Assembly (NCBI GenBank): GCA_026395595.1
Contig: JAPLYL010000002.1
Location: 122,111-186,110, forward strand
Length of the DNA stretch: 64,000 nucleotides
DNA from: Candidatus Parcubacteria bacterium
Lineage (GTDB): Bacteria > Patescibacteriota > Minisyncoccia > Phycocordibacterales > CAIJYI01
Reading direction: 5' to 3'
Shown here: piece by piece, positions 39,812 through 51,054 of the stretch
Position numbering within the stretch: position 1 is the stretch's first letter
Layout: every line of letters starts with the position of its first letter
The notes under the pieces: generated by a model
Database searches by the model: none
Told to the model about the DNA's origin: nothing
The model's input: the letters and a program-made list of their open reading frames with translations, nothing else
Made by a program: the position numbers and the translations under genes

Positions 39812-40879
39812 TTATTGCTTATTGCTTATTGCTTTTTCCTTTTCCGGTGTTTCCAGAAATTCCAAAACTTTCTCGTTGGTCATAACCATTTCTACATACG
39901 ATCTCGTCCTGTCTTGATCGGCATCCGCGTAGTGTTCCATGATATGTTCCACTTCCTTGGTAACGAGGTCTTTTTCGGGGGAGAGTTTTTCTGTTTCTGC
40001 TATTTTATCAATGATGAGCTGGGTTTTTGCACGAGCTTCTGCGTCTTTCTCCCATTCTTTTCGCATATCTTCCTCTGTCTTTTTCAAGTGCTTCAGGTAA
40101 TCTTCAAATTTGATTCCCATTTGTGAAACATCGTGTTTGAACTGCGCGATCATTCTGTTTTGTTCGCTTTGAATGAGGACATCGGGAAGTTCAGCTTTGG
40201 TTTCTTCACTGATTGCTTTGATGATTTCCATTCTTCTTTTTTCTTTTGCTTGCTGTTCCTTTTCTTTCGTCATATTATCTCTCAGAAGTTTTTTGAGATC
40301 GTCAACGGTTTTGAAATCACCGAGGGATTTCAAAAATTCTTCGTGCATTGGAGGCAGATCTGCGTCTTTGACTTCCTGTACCTCCGCATTTTCTCCTTCC
40401 ACTCTTTCTACTTTTGGAGCGCGCTGTTTTCTGATGTTTAAAATAACTTTTTCAACCTCTTCTTCTGATACTACCGTTTCAATGCTTTCTTTTGTAAACT
40501 TTCCGGCGAGTTTTTTGTAGTCAGGAAGTTCAATTTCCGGAAGAACCGCAACAACGATTTTGAACTCAAAAGGGTTTCCTTTGGCGAGTTTGGTAATACT
40601 GATGGTCGGATGCCCGATAGCGTCAATTTTATTGACCATGATAATCTCTGGGAATTTTGATTCAATGGCTATTTCCGCCATTTCTTCCAAAATGGTCATT
40701 TCTCCCGCTGAACTCTCTATAACTTTTCCGGGAACATGACCTTTTCTGAATCCCGGTAAATCGGCGTGTTCACCTAAATGGGAAAGAGCCTTACCTCTGA
40801 AAGATTCAAATTCTTCGGCGTCTATGGTGCCCATGATTTCAACCAGGGACTTCGGTAATTTTTTAATTTCAGTTTTCAT
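39812..40879 (-). CDS. tig: Trigger factor lacking the PPIase domain
   Basis: LPGFRKGHVP signature, LPEIELPDYK, ~355 aa; upstream of clpP. Confidence 0.9.
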   Translation of the reverse strand: MKTEIKKLPKSLVEIMGTIDAEEFESFRGKALSHLGEHADLPGFRKGHVPGKVIESSAGEMTILEEMAEIAIESKFPEIIMVNKIDAIGHPTISITKLAKGNPFEFKIVVAVLPEIELPDYKKLAGKFTKESIETVVSEEEVEKVILNIRKQRAPKVERVEGENAEVQEVKDADLPPMHEEFLKSLGDFKTVDDLKKLLRDNMTKEKEQQAKEKRRMEIIKAISEETKAELPDVLIQSEQNRMIAQFKHDVSQMGIKFEDYLKHLKKTEEDMRKEWEKDAEARAKTQLIIDKIAETEKLSPEKDLVTKEVEHIMEHYADADQDRTRSYVEMVMTNEKVLEFLETPEKEKAISNKQ

Positions 40880-41010
40880 GCCCATAAGCATAGAGGTTTT
40901 TGAAGGAAATGTCAAAAAAAATGACGTGTTTCCATCTTTCTTCCGAGCTTGGGACGACGTTCGGGAAGCGATAATAGAAAAACGGCTCGCGTGAACGCGA
41001 GCCGTTGTAT

Positions 41011-41655
41011 TTATTCAGGAATGTCTTGCGATAATTCCAAAATTCCGGTGTTATCGAAATAAGGGGTCCTGAGCCCTTGTTCCCAACTCCAACCATAGTA
41101 CGCTGCGCGAATCATTTTTCCGATATCGCCGTGGGTAACCATAAGCACGTTTTCGTGCGGGTGACGTGTCTGAATTTCTTTCAATACGATTTTTGCTCGC
41201 GCTAATGTCGCAGGAAAATCCTCGGAGCCTTCCGCATCCAAAAAATAGTCCACTTTTTCGGTCTTTAAAATTTTTGTTGCATATTTTGGAACATCTGAGA
41301 TCGGTTTTCCTGTGAGGATCCCAAAATCTCTCTCAATAAGACCTTGATGGTAATTTACACCGGCAATATGTAAATGTCCGGCGATAATCCAAGCTGTTTG
41401 GTGTGTTCTCGGTAATGGGGAACAGTAAATTACTTTTATTTCACACCCTTCAAGCTTTTTAGCCACTTTCTTCGCTTGTTCTCTTCCAAGTTCTGTTAGT
41501 GATGTGTCGCGATGGCCGTTTAAAATCCCCGCAACGTTGTCGGTATCTTGTCCGTGGCGGACAAGAAAAATTTTACCCGGCGACTGCTTAAAAAGTTTTT
41601 CGAACCACGTTTTGATGACAAATAACCGTTGATTCATATTTTTCCCTCGAGTCAT
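41011..41655 (-). CDS. Histidine phosphatase family protein
   Basis: LVRHG, SPLPRTHQTA, ERDFG, VTHG. Confidence 0.9.
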   Translation of the reverse strand: MTRGKNMNQRLFVIKTWFEKLFKQSPGKIFLVRHGQDTDNVAGILNGHRDTSLTELGREQAKKVAKKLEGCEIKVIYCSPLPRTHQTAWIIAGHLHIAGVNYHQGLIERDFGILTGKPISDVPKYATKILKTEKVDYFLDAEGSEDFPATLARAKIVLKEIQTRHPHENVLMVTHGDIGKMIRAAYYGWSWEQGLRTPYFDNTGILELSQDIPE

Positions 41656-41769
41656 TTTTTCCTATATCAGTATATCATAAATTAAAACCTTTGTCAAAAA
41701 AACCTCGGCTACATTCAACCAGTTACTGCAACACTCACACCAGGACATCAAAAAAGGACGTTAAAAGAT

Positions 41770-42009
41770 TTACCGAAAGTAAAAATAGGAATAAGTCGGC
41801 AAATAGCGATTCCTAAGAAATTTTATGATGCCATGAAGTTGGAACCCGGGGATTATATGGAAATAGAGTTTTGCGGTGATAAGCTTACCTTGACGCCAAA
41901 AATGTTTATCGAAAAGCGAATCGCGGAGGGTTTGAAAGATAAAAAAGAGGGAAGAATAACCGGACCATTCAGAAATGCGAAGGAGGCGCTTAAGGCACTT
42001 GATTTGTAA
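41770..42009 (+). pseudogene. AbrB/MazE/SpoVT-like antitoxin lacking a start codon
   Basis: PKVKIGISRQIAIPKKFYDAMKLEPGDYMEIEF...LTPKMFIEKRIAEGLKDKKEGRITGPF; no ATG/GTG/TTG in frame before the domain. Confidence 0.65.
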
Positions 42010-42054
42010 CTGCAAACAAAAACATCTCAATGTTGGGATGGTTTTTTTATATCT

Positions 42055-42173
42055 TGAATCCGAGGACTCCATTTCTCTATTCAAAAACCCTATTCGTCAT
42101 CCCGTGTCGCGACACGGGATCCATGTAATGAGTGCTAACGACGTGGATACCGGGTCAAGCCCGGTATGACGAA
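42055..42173. mobile_element. MITE-like element (right TIR lost)
   Basis: Close match to the reverse complement of 45723-45858. Confidence 0.65.
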
Positions 42174-42248
42174 CCTTACGCGATCCGGCGCCTCGCGAAG
42201 AGATTGCTTAAATCGTTCCGAAAAAGCGGACTGGATCATGTAATCGCT

Positions 42249-42596
42249 TTATATCGACTGCAATTCTTTATCTATTGAATTGAGATCTGTGGCATTGAGG
42301 TCTGCCTCAATGGAAGTGACTTCATCAGAGGAACTTTGGCTGTTCAGTGTGTCAATCATGGTATCTGGCTCGGTCGCTGATTGTTCTAAAGCAATAGTGT
42401 TGTCATCCGGCAACAGTTGTTCGTCCTTTGGGGCGGTTATTTGCGGTTGAATTCTCGTACTCCAGACGTATACGCCTCCGACGAGAAGAAGGAGTACAAT
42501 GATTATTGCGCCAATAAGAGCTCCCATCGGTTTGCTTTCTTTTGGCTGAATCACCGGGGATCCTTGCGGGGCTGGTGTGATATTTTCGTTTTCCAT
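42249..42596 (-). CDS. Single-pass membrane hypothetical protein
   Basis: TM segment; SSSDEVTSIEADLNATDL. Confidence 0.75.
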   Translation of the reverse strand: MENENITPAPQGSPVIQPKESKPMGALIGAIIIVLLLLVGGVYVWSTRIQPQITAPKDEQLLPDDNTIALEQSATEPDTMIDTLNSQSSSDEVTSIEADLNATDLNSIDKELQSI

Positions 42597-42629
42597 AGTA
42601 TGTTAAAGATGTAAAAAATAATAAAGGAA

Positions 42630-43403
42630 CTAATTTGTCGATGTCGCGCTTGTTGGAGTCTTCTCTGTTTTTTTAACGCCTTCCTTTCCCTTTAAATCCG
42701 TGATGGTTTGAACGAGAGCTTGGTGGGCAGCTTTTAAGGAATCATTCACGACACGAACTTGTTCTTTTATCTTTGGAAGAGTTTGACTCACTATGTTTTT
42801 TGCCTCATTTGCATCAGTCGCTGCGGCTGCTTGCGTTCCAATATCGGCAATGGCGGTTTTTGCGGTTTCAAGACTGGTTTTTGCTTCCGCGATTTTTTGT
42901 TTTGCCGTTATCAGAGAAGCATCAGCTGTTGCGGTATCTATTTTATTCGCCTTCATTTTGACAATACGGGCATTTATGCGTTCGGCAAGTTTTTCAAGCC
43001 GTGTAACCGCTTCTTCAAGGCGTTTTATCGTTTTTTCGCCCCATTGTTTCATTAGCACTATCTTTCTGTTTTCAACCGTATTTCTGAGTTCGTCTCTTTT
43101 ATTTTGTATCTCCTGTCGAGCGGTTTGCATTTGCTGTTTGATTTCACCCTTGGTTGAAGAGGCAGTCTCTCTTATGCTCTCTATTTTTGCTTTTAATTCG
43201 CCTTTTGCCACGGAAGTTGATTCCTGAACTTTGTTTCTGATGGTTTTGATCTCCGATTGCGCCGCTTCTCTTATTTGTTTTGGCTTCGCCGTTGTTACGG
43301 TGTTCGGAGCGGCCGGTTCTGTTACGGTTGTTTGCGCAAAAGTCATCTGTGTTCCTATGACGGCAACCAGAGCTAGAGCCGCAAGTTTTGATATATTTTT
43401 CAT
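42630..43403 (-). CDS. Secreted coiled-coil protein
   Basis: Signal peptide MKNISKLAALALVA...TFA, Ala/Lys-rich heptads. Confidence 0.75.
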   Translation of the reverse strand: MKNISKLAALALVAVIGTQMTFAQTTVTEPAAPNTVTTAKPKQIREAAQSEIKTIRNKVQESTSVAKGELKAKIESIRETASSTKGEIKQQMQTARQEIQNKRDELRNTVENRKIVLMKQWGEKTIKRLEEAVTRLEKLAERINARIVKMKANKIDTATADASLITAKQKIAEAKTSLETAKTAIADIGTQAAAATDANEAKNIVSQTLPKIKEQVRVVNDSLKAAHQALVQTITDLKGKEGVKKTEKTPTSATSTN

Positions 43404-43504
43404 TTTTTTTGAAAAAAATTTTCTAATAATCTTATGTATAGTATATACCAAAACTCCCCATCGCGTGCGACGGGGAGTTGTTGATAACTGTGTTTTTTTC
43501 GGGA

Positions 43505-45505
43505 TTATAAGAATTTAACGAGAAGCAAAGCAACAATGTTGATGATTTTTATCATCGGATTGATAGCAGGCCCGGCGGTATCTTTGTAAGGATCCCCGAC
43601 GGTATCTCCCGTAACGGCGGCCTTGTGCGCTTCAGAACCTTTGCCACCGAAGTTTCCCTCTTCAATGTATTTCTTGGAGTTATCCCAAGCGGCACCTCCT
43701 GTCGTCATGGAAATTCCGACGAAGAGTCCGGTAATGATAGCTCCGACGAGTAATCCGGCGAGAGAGGCAGCTCCGAGGAAATATCCGACGAGAATAGGAA
43801 CGATCACGGGAATCAACGCGGGCACGATCATTTCTTTGATGGCCGCTTTGGTAACGATGTCAACGCATTTTGAGTATTCCGGTTTTGCGGTTCCCTGCAT
43901 AATGCCTTTGATTTCGTGGAATTGTCGGCGAACTTCTTCAACGACGGCTTTCGCAGCGTTTCCGACGGCTGACATGGCGATGCTTGCGAAGAGATAAGGC
44001 AAAAGTCCTCCGATTAAAAGACCGACGAGCACTTTCGGGTCTGAAAGATCAAAAACTGATGAAATACCCCTTTCTCTCAAGGCTTCGGTGTAGGCGGCGA
44101 ACAAAACCATGGCGGCAAGTCCGGCGGAAGCGATAGCGTATCCTTTTGTAACGGCTTTGGTGGTGTTTCCAACCGCATCAAGCGCGTCAGTAACATGACG
44201 GACGGATTTGTCCAAACCTGACATTTCTGCGATTCCTCCGGCATTGTCGGTGATTGGGCCGAAAGCGTCAATGGCGACGACGATACCTGTAAGGGAGAGC
44301 ATGCTCATGACGGCGAGAGCAATACCGTAGAGACCGGCGAGGTTGAAAGCAACCAATATAGCGACGACGATAACGAGAATCGGCATAGCGGTTGACTGCA
44401 TTCCTACCGCTAAACCTTTAATGATATTGGTTCCGTGTCCGGTAGTGCTGGCTTCAGCAATGCTTTTGACTGGAGAGTAATTGCTGGCGGTATAGTATTC
44501 AGTGATTAAAACGACGGCTCCCGTAACGACGAGTCCGATAAGGGAAGCGAAGTACAGATTCATAACGGAGTAAATTCCGTTGCCGGTCATAAGGATAGTG
44601 GTAACCGGATAGAAAGCGGCTGCGGACAAAACACCGGTAACGATCAAACTTTTGTAAAGCGCGCCCATGATGTTCTGAGATTTTCCGAGTTTTGCGAACC
44701 ACGTACCGATGATGGTGGTAAAAATAGAAACGGCTCCAATCGCGAGAGGATAGACGATAGCATTTCCGAAATTCGCGAAGACCGCTCCGCCGAGCAAAAT
44801 GATGGCGATAGCTGAGACGGCATACGTTTCAAAGAGGTCAGCAGCCATTCCGGCACAATCTCCGACATTATCCCCGACATTATCGGCAATAACTCCAGGA
44901 TTACGAGGATCATCTTCCGGAATTCCGGCTTCAATTTTTCCGACCATGTCGGTGCCGACGTCTGCTCCTTTGGTGAAAATACCTCCTCCGAGACGGGCAA
45001 AAACGGAAATGAGAGAAGCGCCGAAACCGAGACCGATAAGAGCATTAACATCTTTAGTGACGAAATAGAAACCGGCAACAGAGAGAAGTCCGAGACCGAC
45101 GACAAAAAGTCCGGTAACCGTACCTCCTTCAAAAGCGAGGGTTAAAGCGGGTCCCATACCCTTTTTTGCCGCTTCTGCGGTGCGAACATTCGCGCGAACG
45201 GAAACATTCATGCCGATAAAACCGGCAAGAGCGGAAAATACTGCGCCGACAATGAAGGCGAAGACCGTATTATTGGAAAATCCGGTGGCAACCATGATGG
45301 CGACCACCACAAGGGCGACCATTCCGACGGTCTGGTACTGGCGGGAAAGGTAAGCCGAGGCTCCTTCCTGAATAGCCGAAGCGATTTCCTGCATTTTGGA
45401 ATTTCCTGCAGGTTGCTTCATAATCTTGTAAATAAGGAACGCTCCGTAAACGAGAGCGACAACACCCGAAATAAGGGCATATATCAAAATTTGATTCTCC
45501 GACAT
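43505..45505 (-). CDS. hppA: Membrane-bound H+-translocating pyrophosphatase, K+-independent signature
   Basis: [41 protein letters not shown]. Confidence 0.95.
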   Translation of the reverse strand: MSENQILIYALISGVVALVYGAFLIYKIMKQPAGNSKMQEIASAIQEGASAYLSRQYQTVGMVALVVVAIMVATGFSNNTVFAFIVGAVFSALAGFIGMNVSVRANVRTAEAAKKGMGPALTLAFEGGTVTGLFVVGLGLLSVAGFYFVTKDVNALIGLGFGASLISVFARLGGGIFTKGADVGTDMVGKIEAGIPEDDPRNPGVIADNVGDNVGDCAGMAADLFETYAVSAIAIILLGGAVFANFGNAIVYPLAIGAVSIFTTIIGTWFAKLGKSQNIMGALYKSLIVTGVLSAAAFYPVTTILMTGNGIYSVMNLYFASLIGLVVTGAVVLITEYYTASNYSPVKSIAEASTTGHGTNIIKGLAVGMQSTAMPILVIVVAILVAFNLAGLYGIALAVMSMLSLTGIVVAIDAFGPITDNAGGIAEMSGLDKSVRHVTDALDAVGNTTKAVTKGYAIASAGLAAMVLFAAYTEALRERGISSVFDLSDPKVLVGLLIGGLLPYLFASIAMSAVGNAAKAVVEEVRRQFHEIKGIMQGTAKPEYSKCVDIVTKAAIKEMIVPALIPVIVPILVGYFLGAASLAGLLVGAIITGLFVGISMTTGGAAWDNSKKYIEEGNFGGKGSEAHKAAVTGDTVGDPYKDTAGPAINPMIKIINIVALLLVKFL

Positions 45506-45722
45506 ACGTTAAATTAAATTTACTATTAGTAATTGAATAATTTTCAAACTATACTATGTTTCAGCGAAAAAAACAAGGAAGAACGCGGTATCTCATCACG
45601 CACTTGTCGCCCGACGGGGTCAGAGACCCGGTCCGGCGTAGGAGATATAAAACGTGCAAACATCCGAGTTTTTGATATTATGATTTTATGCTCTGCTTAT
45701 AAAAGAGGATGGTTAAAGAACT

Positions 45723-45858
45723 TGAATCCGAAAACCCACTATCGTCATACCGGACTTGATCCGGTATCCACGTCGTTAATGCGCATTACATGGATCCCGT
45801 GTCTCGGCACGGGACGACGAACGGGTTTTTACGCAAAAAAATGGGGTTTTTGGATTCA
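45723..45858. mobile_element. MITE-like element
   Basis: tgaatccgaaaaccc...gggtttttggattca with CGTC REP doublet. Confidence 0.7.
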
Positions 45859-45880
45859 GGTTAAAGAATAATATACATAT

Positions 45881-46276
45881 ATGAAACAAGAAATAATCAC
45901 ACAACTTCATAAAAATTTTGAGGATTACGCGCAAAAGACCAAAAACGGATTTGAATTTTGGTATGCTCGCGATTTACAGATTTTGCTCGGCTATAATGAA
46001 TGGAGAAATTTTCAAAAAGTCATTGAAAAAGCGAAAATCGCTTGTAAAAATACCGGTTTATCGGTTGATGACCATTTTGTTGACGCCAACAAAATGGTCG
46101 GTGTCGGATCGGGGGCAAAGAGAGAAATAGACGACATTTCTCTCACTCGCCACGCTTGTTACTTCATTGCTCAAAACGGTGACCCGAGAAAAGAAGAAAT
46201 CGCTTTCGCTATGGCATATTTTTCCGTTCAAATGAGAAAACAAGGAAGTCATTGAAAAAAGAATTGCAGAAAGGGT
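45881..46276 (+). pseudogene. dinD: DinD-like (BRO-N related) protein, truncated
   Basis: EFWYARDLQILLGY, DHFVDANKMV, LTRHACYFIAQNGDPRKEEIAFA; frameshift at RKQ (EVIEKRIAER continues in another frame), C-terminus missing. Confidence 0.8.
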
Positions 46277-46416
46277 CTATTCTGGCTACAATTTTCGTGT
46301 TTGAGGCACTGGTAGGACGTCCCACATTTAGATTTTAAAGAATTTGCAAAAAATTTGCAAGTTTTTTTCTTTTGTGTATAATAAAGATACTTTAGACATA
46401 AGTTTAAGCAAAATAT

Positions 46417-47670
46417 ATGCAAATTTCACTTATAGAATTTTCAGTAGAAAACTTCAGCGTTTTTAAAGAAAAGGCAACACTTTCTATGGTGGCGCGGAAA
46501 AATGATAACCATACATTTGAATCAAATGGTGAAAACCTACTGAAAACCTCTTTTATTTATGGTCCGAATGCCTCAGGAAAAACCTCTCTTTTGGACGCTT
46601 TTGTGAATTTGAAAACGGGAATTTTGTTTTCTTCCAATATGAAAGAAAATTCAGAGTTGCCCTATAATCCGTTTTTGGCATCGGAAAACACCAAAACAAA
46701 GCCAGTTTGGTTTGAGTTGGTTTTTTCTGCACTTGGGGATCATGCCGGAATATATAGATATTCCTTCTCTTTCTTGCCGGATCATATTGTTACGGAGAAT
46801 TTTACTAAAATATCTATAACTGGGGTAGAGGAACAACTTATTTCGCGAACGGGGCAAGATATAATACTTTCGGGTTGGGGAGATGACGTACAAATTTTGC
46901 GTGACAAAGCGCGTAAGGAAACACTTTTCTTGTCTGTTGCGGCACAATTCAATAATAAACTTGCCCTAAGTTTTGTGGAGGCGTTAAAAAATGTGAATAT
47001 CATTTCAGGCGTTACTTATGCAACCTATCAGCAATTCACTATAAAAAAATTCAAAGATGATCCGCTATACAAAGAAAGTATTTTAAAATACTTAAAAACT
47101 GCCGACTTTTGTATTTCCGGCGGTCGAACAAAAGAAATTGACATTCCATCTTTAGAAAACGTTAAAGATGAGCCAGATATGTTTTCTGCGGTTAAACGAA
47201 TGATAAAACACACCGCTTTGTTTTTCGAGCATCCTGTGTTTGGTAAAAACAACGAACCGGTCGGTGTGTTCGAGCTGTCTCTTGAAGAAGAGTCAACCGG
47301 TACACAAAATTTTCTTTCTATGCTTGGACCAATCATTAACACTCTTGAAACAGGTAAAGTTCTTGCCATAGACGAATTTGATAACAGCTTGCATCCGCTT
47401 TTGACAAAATTTATTGTCGATCTTTTTGAATCATCTGAGACAAATAAACACAACGCTCAACTTGTCGTAACGACACACGACACAAGTTTACTTTCGTATC
47501 GCGATGATTTTATCAAAGATCAATTTTGGTTTACCGATAAAGATGAATTTGGTTCAGCTCGGCTGTTTTCTCTTGCTGAATTTGATATAAGAAATGATAC
47601 TGAATTTGCGAAAAAATATCTGGAAGGTCGATTTGGCGCTCTGCCGTTTATCGGTTCCGTAAAAAAGTAA
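46417..47670 (+). CDS. RloA/AbiLi-type AAA ATPase
   Basis: EFSVENF, YGPNASGKT, ESTGT, IDEFDNSLHP, QLVVTTHD, YLEGRFGALP. Confidence 0.88.
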   Translation: MQISLIEFSVENFSVFKEKATLSMVARKNDNHTFESNGENLLKTSFIYGPNASGKTSLLDAFVNLKTGILFSSNMKENSELPYNPFLASENTKTKPVWFELVFSALGDHAGIYRYSFSFLPDHIVTENFTKISITGVEEQLISRTGQDIILSGWGDDVQILRDKARKETLFLSVAAQFNNKLALSFVEALKNVNIISGVTYATYQQFTIKKFKDDPLYKESILKYLKTADFCISGGRTKEIDIPSLENVKDEPDMFSAVKRMIKHTALFFEHPVFGKNNEPVGVFELSLEEESTGTQNFLSMLGPIINTLETGKVLAIDEFDNSLHPLLTKFIVDLFESSETNKHNAQLVVTTHDTSLLSYRDDFIKDQFWFTDKDEFGSARLFSLAEFDIRNDTEFAKKYLEGRFGALPFIGSVKK

Positions 47671-47674
47671 AGGA

Positions 47675-48298
47675 ATGTCTGTTTTTCAACGCAAACGCGA
47701 TACCCGTAAGATTCGCAAAGTAATTCGGATATACACGGAAGGTACAAAAACGGAGCCGAATTATTTCGGCTCGATAAAAGATGAATTGCGAATATCTGAA
47801 ATAGATATTCAAATTCAAGGGGTGCGAGGATTTAACAATCATACTTTACCGCTCGTTGGGTCGGTGATTGAAAGAAAAAAAGAGGAAGAAAAAAATAACG
47901 ATTTTGAAACGGAATGGTGGGTTGTTTTTGATAAAGATGATTTTCCTGATTTTAATAGTGCTATTGATTTGGCACAAAAACACGGCATTAACGTTGTCTA
48001 TTCCAACGAGTGTTTTGAATTATGGTTTATTCTCCATTTTGAGTTTTTGCAGACTTCTCTCGGAAGGAATAATTTTGAACCAAAGTTATCAAAGTTGCTC
48101 GGCAGAAAATATGAAAAGAAGAGTTCGGATATTTACGATCTGATAAAAGATAAAGAATCCAACGCGATTCGTTACGCAAAAAAGCTGGAAAAAATGCATG
48201 ATGATGAAAAAGTGAGTTCTCCGGAACAAAGAGTTCCATCAACTTTAGTCTATAAACTGGTCGAAAGATTACGATCACTAAAAACCGAAAGAGAATAG
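47675..48298 (+). CDS. RloB/AbiLii family protein
   Basis: IYTEGTKTEPNYF, WVVFDKD, SNECFELWFILHF, PSTLVYKLVE. Confidence 0.88.
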   Translation: MSVFQRKRDTRKIRKVIRIYTEGTKTEPNYFGSIKDELRISEIDIQIQGVRGFNNHTLPLVGSVIERKKEEEKNNDFETEWWVVFDKDDFPDFNSAIDLAQKHGINVVYSNECFELWFILHFEFLQTSLGRNNFEPKLSKLLGRKYEKKSSDIYDLIKDKESNAIRYAKKLEKMHDDEKVSSPEQRVPSTLVYKLVERLRSLKTERE

Positions 48299-48302
48299 TT
48301 TT

Positions 48303-49147
48303 ATGACCGCCAAAACCACAAATCGCCATATTAAAATTGTTAATAAAGCAAAGCAAAAAATCAAAGAACTTCTTGAAGATCCGAATTGTGTTTGGAGAAC
48401 CATGAGAATACTTAAGGGGCACACAACGGGATTATCCGAACAAGAAATCCTTGATATTTTGTCGAATCTTGGAGCAACGAGTTCTGTCGGAGAAAAAGGT
48501 GAAAAAATATGGAAGTTACATTCCCGTGGCGATAATGATACCCACAAACAAAAAAAGCAATCTCGAAATAAAATTATTTCTCACTCTGACTATTGGAAAA
48601 ATATTTGGTCCCAATGTTCCAAAATTAAATTCAGATACGTTATAATTTCCATGTTGTTAGTTTCTGCATATCTGGGTTACATAAAATTTTCTCCCGAGGT
48701 AAGCACTCCTCTTGGTAAATTTGCATTTAACACAAGCGAATCAAATAAAGTTCTTAGTTCGTCGGTTTTATCTGCTGATATAAACCCAAAAAAATGGACG
48801 TTTCTGTTTTTGGGTTGGTCTCAAGTATTGATTACCGTAAACCCTTATTCAATGTTCAAAAGAAATGGGAAGGATACAAAGGATTAAATACAACAAAAGA
48901 ACAAGCTATACTCTTTAATTCTGGAGATACTGGGTCAGGAAAAATTTGGGCAGATTTGGAAAGTACGCATCTGTATGACGGAAAAAATGTTAAAATCACG
49001 TGCGTTTTTGGAGGAGAATGGGCTCAAAGAATTGAAGTCCTTGGAGAAAAAGAACATGGAACCCGCGAATTAACTTTTTCGGGAATCATTAATGGTGATT
49101 TGTCACAAGGAAATCTCCCCGTGTTAGAAGATTGTAAGTTGTATTAA
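48303..49147 (+). pseudogene. Membrane-anchored hypothetical protein, probably one gene split at an A7 run (48788-48794)
   Basis: ORFs 48303-48887 and 48794-49147 overlap and switch frame at the homopolymer. Confidence 0.45.
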
Positions 49148-49529
49148 TCACACAATGTGAGTAAAAGCGGTGAGCATGTTGTCGCGATTCAGTCTAAAAT
49201 CAAAAAAGAAAAAAATTACTGTATGTTGTTCTCGAAATTTTTTGAGGCCAAAAGCTTGAAAAAAATGCTGATCGAGTCGTTCCAGCAGATCCACTCAAAG
49301 ATTATTTGGAATACGTGCGATAGTAGGAAAGAGAGAGTTGACACAAACAAACCCGCCAAACCTTACGGTTTGGGCGGGGGATAAATACAATCCTAATATC
49401 CCATAGGCGAGGGTAACTTGCATTACGTATACAATACGTATCCGTAGCACCTATTAGTCAAGCTCTTCCGCTGTGGACAAGTGCATAAAAACAACTCCGC
49501 AAAGTTTGCGGAGTTATTTTTTATCTTTC

Positions 49530-50873
49530 TTATTCTTCCGTTTTTTCCTCTTTTTTCTTTTTGGTTTTCTTCGGTTCTTCTTTTGCCGTTTCGGCGGAGG
49601 CGGATTCCACTTCTCCTTTCAGTACTTCTTCTACCACCTCTTTTTCCGTGATGACTTCTTCGGTTGGGGTTTCATTTATTGATTCTTCAAATTCTTTCAC
49701 TTCCTTCTCTTCTTCCAGTTCTTTTTCTTCCTCCTCTACTGCTTCTTCCGTTTCTTTGGTGGAATGAATGTCTATTTTCCAGCCGGTCAATTTGGCGGCC
49801 AGTCTCGCGTTTTGACCTCCTTTTCCGATAGCGAGGGAAAGCTGGTCTTCGGCGACGATGACTGAGGCACGCTTTTCTTCGGGGCGGAGTTCTACGGAGA
49901 GGATTTTGGCGGGAGCGAGAGAATCGGAGATGAATTTCTTTGCATCTTCCGACCATTCTATAATATCTATCTTTTCTCCTCCGAGTTCGCTCATGACGGT
50001 GGTTACTCGGACGCCTCTTTGTCCGACACAGGAACCGATCGGGTCAATGTGCTCATCGTTTGAATACACGGCGATTTTTGCGCGTGAACCCGGTTCGCGG
50101 GCGATATTTTTGATCTCAACGACCCCACTCATGACTTCTGGCGCTTCCATCTTGAAAAATTCTTCAATGAGTTTTGGGTGGGTGCGGGAAAGGCGGAGGT
50201 TTATTCCTCTCGGTGTGTCTTCAACGCGATAAAGAAAGGCTTTGATGCGCTCTCCTTGGCGATATTTTTCACGGGAGATCTGTTCTTCGTAAGGAAGAAT
50301 AGCGGTCGTTTTTCCGAGGTCTACGAAGATATTCCCCTTTTCAATTCTTTGAACCATTCCGTTGACGACTTCTCCTTCTTTTTTGCCGAATTCGTCCATC
50401 GTCGTGCTTTTCTCCGCTTCACGGATTTTCTGAATAATGACCTGTTTTGCGGTTTGTGCGGCAATGCGTCCGAAATCTTCTTTGGTTTCAAGAGGGAAGA
50501 CGAGTTCTTCTTCAACGGCGGCATCGCGTTTGATTTTCTTGGCATCTTCAAGAAGAATATGGTGTTCGCTGTTGAAGCGAGTACGAAGGTCGTTTTCGTC
50601 TTTTTCTTCCTCAATCGGTTCACCATTTTCATCAAGCGGAGCCGGCATTTTAACGATGGATTCGTCAACGATGACCTTTACCTGCGAGAAATCGGTCGCT
50701 CCTGTGTCCAAATCAAATTTGGCGCGGACGATTTGCCCCTTTTTACCGTATTCTTTTTTGTAGGCGGCAGCGAGAGACATTTCTATCGCTTCCAAGATCT
50801 TTTCTTTGGAAATGCCTTTTTCTTCCTCCATTTGCTCAAGTGCCGAGCGGAGCGTTTTAAGATCAAATAACAT
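49530..50873 (-). CDS. nusA: Transcription termination factor NusA
   Basis: FGRIAAQTAKQ, LSRTHP, AREPGSRAK, GSCVGQRG, LSLAIGKGGQNARLA. Confidence 0.97.
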   Translation of the reverse strand: MLFDLKTLRSALEQMEEEKGISKEKILEAIEMSLAAAYKKEYGKKGQIVRAKFDLDTGATDFSQVKVIVDESIVKMPAPLDENGEPIEEEKDENDLRTRFNSEHHILLEDAKKIKRDAAVEEELVFPLETKEDFGRIAAQTAKQVIIQKIREAEKSTTMDEFGKKEGEVVNGMVQRIEKGNIFVDLGKTTAILPYEEQISREKYRQGERIKAFLYRVEDTPRGINLRLSRTHPKLIEEFFKMEAPEVMSGVVEIKNIAREPGSRAKIAVYSNDEHIDPIGSCVGQRGVRVTTVMSELGGEKIDIIEWSEDAKKFISDSLAPAKILSVELRPEEKRASVIVAEDQLSLAIGKGGQNARLAAKLTGWKIDIHSTKETEEAVEEEEKELEEEKEVKEFEESINETPTEEVITEKEVVEEVLKGEVESASAETAKEEPKKTKKKKEEKTEE

Positions 50874-51054
50874 ATATTTGTTGTTACACTTATAATTTTG
50901 ACAATTTTGTTAAAAAAATGAGCCCGTACGGGACGGACTCAAGGTATGAATATATAGTACTCTGTGATGCCATTTTGTCAAGGAACATGCTTGTCAACAG
51001 TTATCCACTGTTTATCATATTGACGAATACATGACAGGAAGTATAATAGGAGAC

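Noticed and set aside
41890-41910. Suspected frameshift in the AbrB-like sequence
   Set aside because: Recounting the A run shows the frame is continuous; only the start codon is missing
49157-49384. 75-aa ORF after the RloAB patch
   Set aside because: No motifs and it runs into a terminator-like hairpin; not supportable
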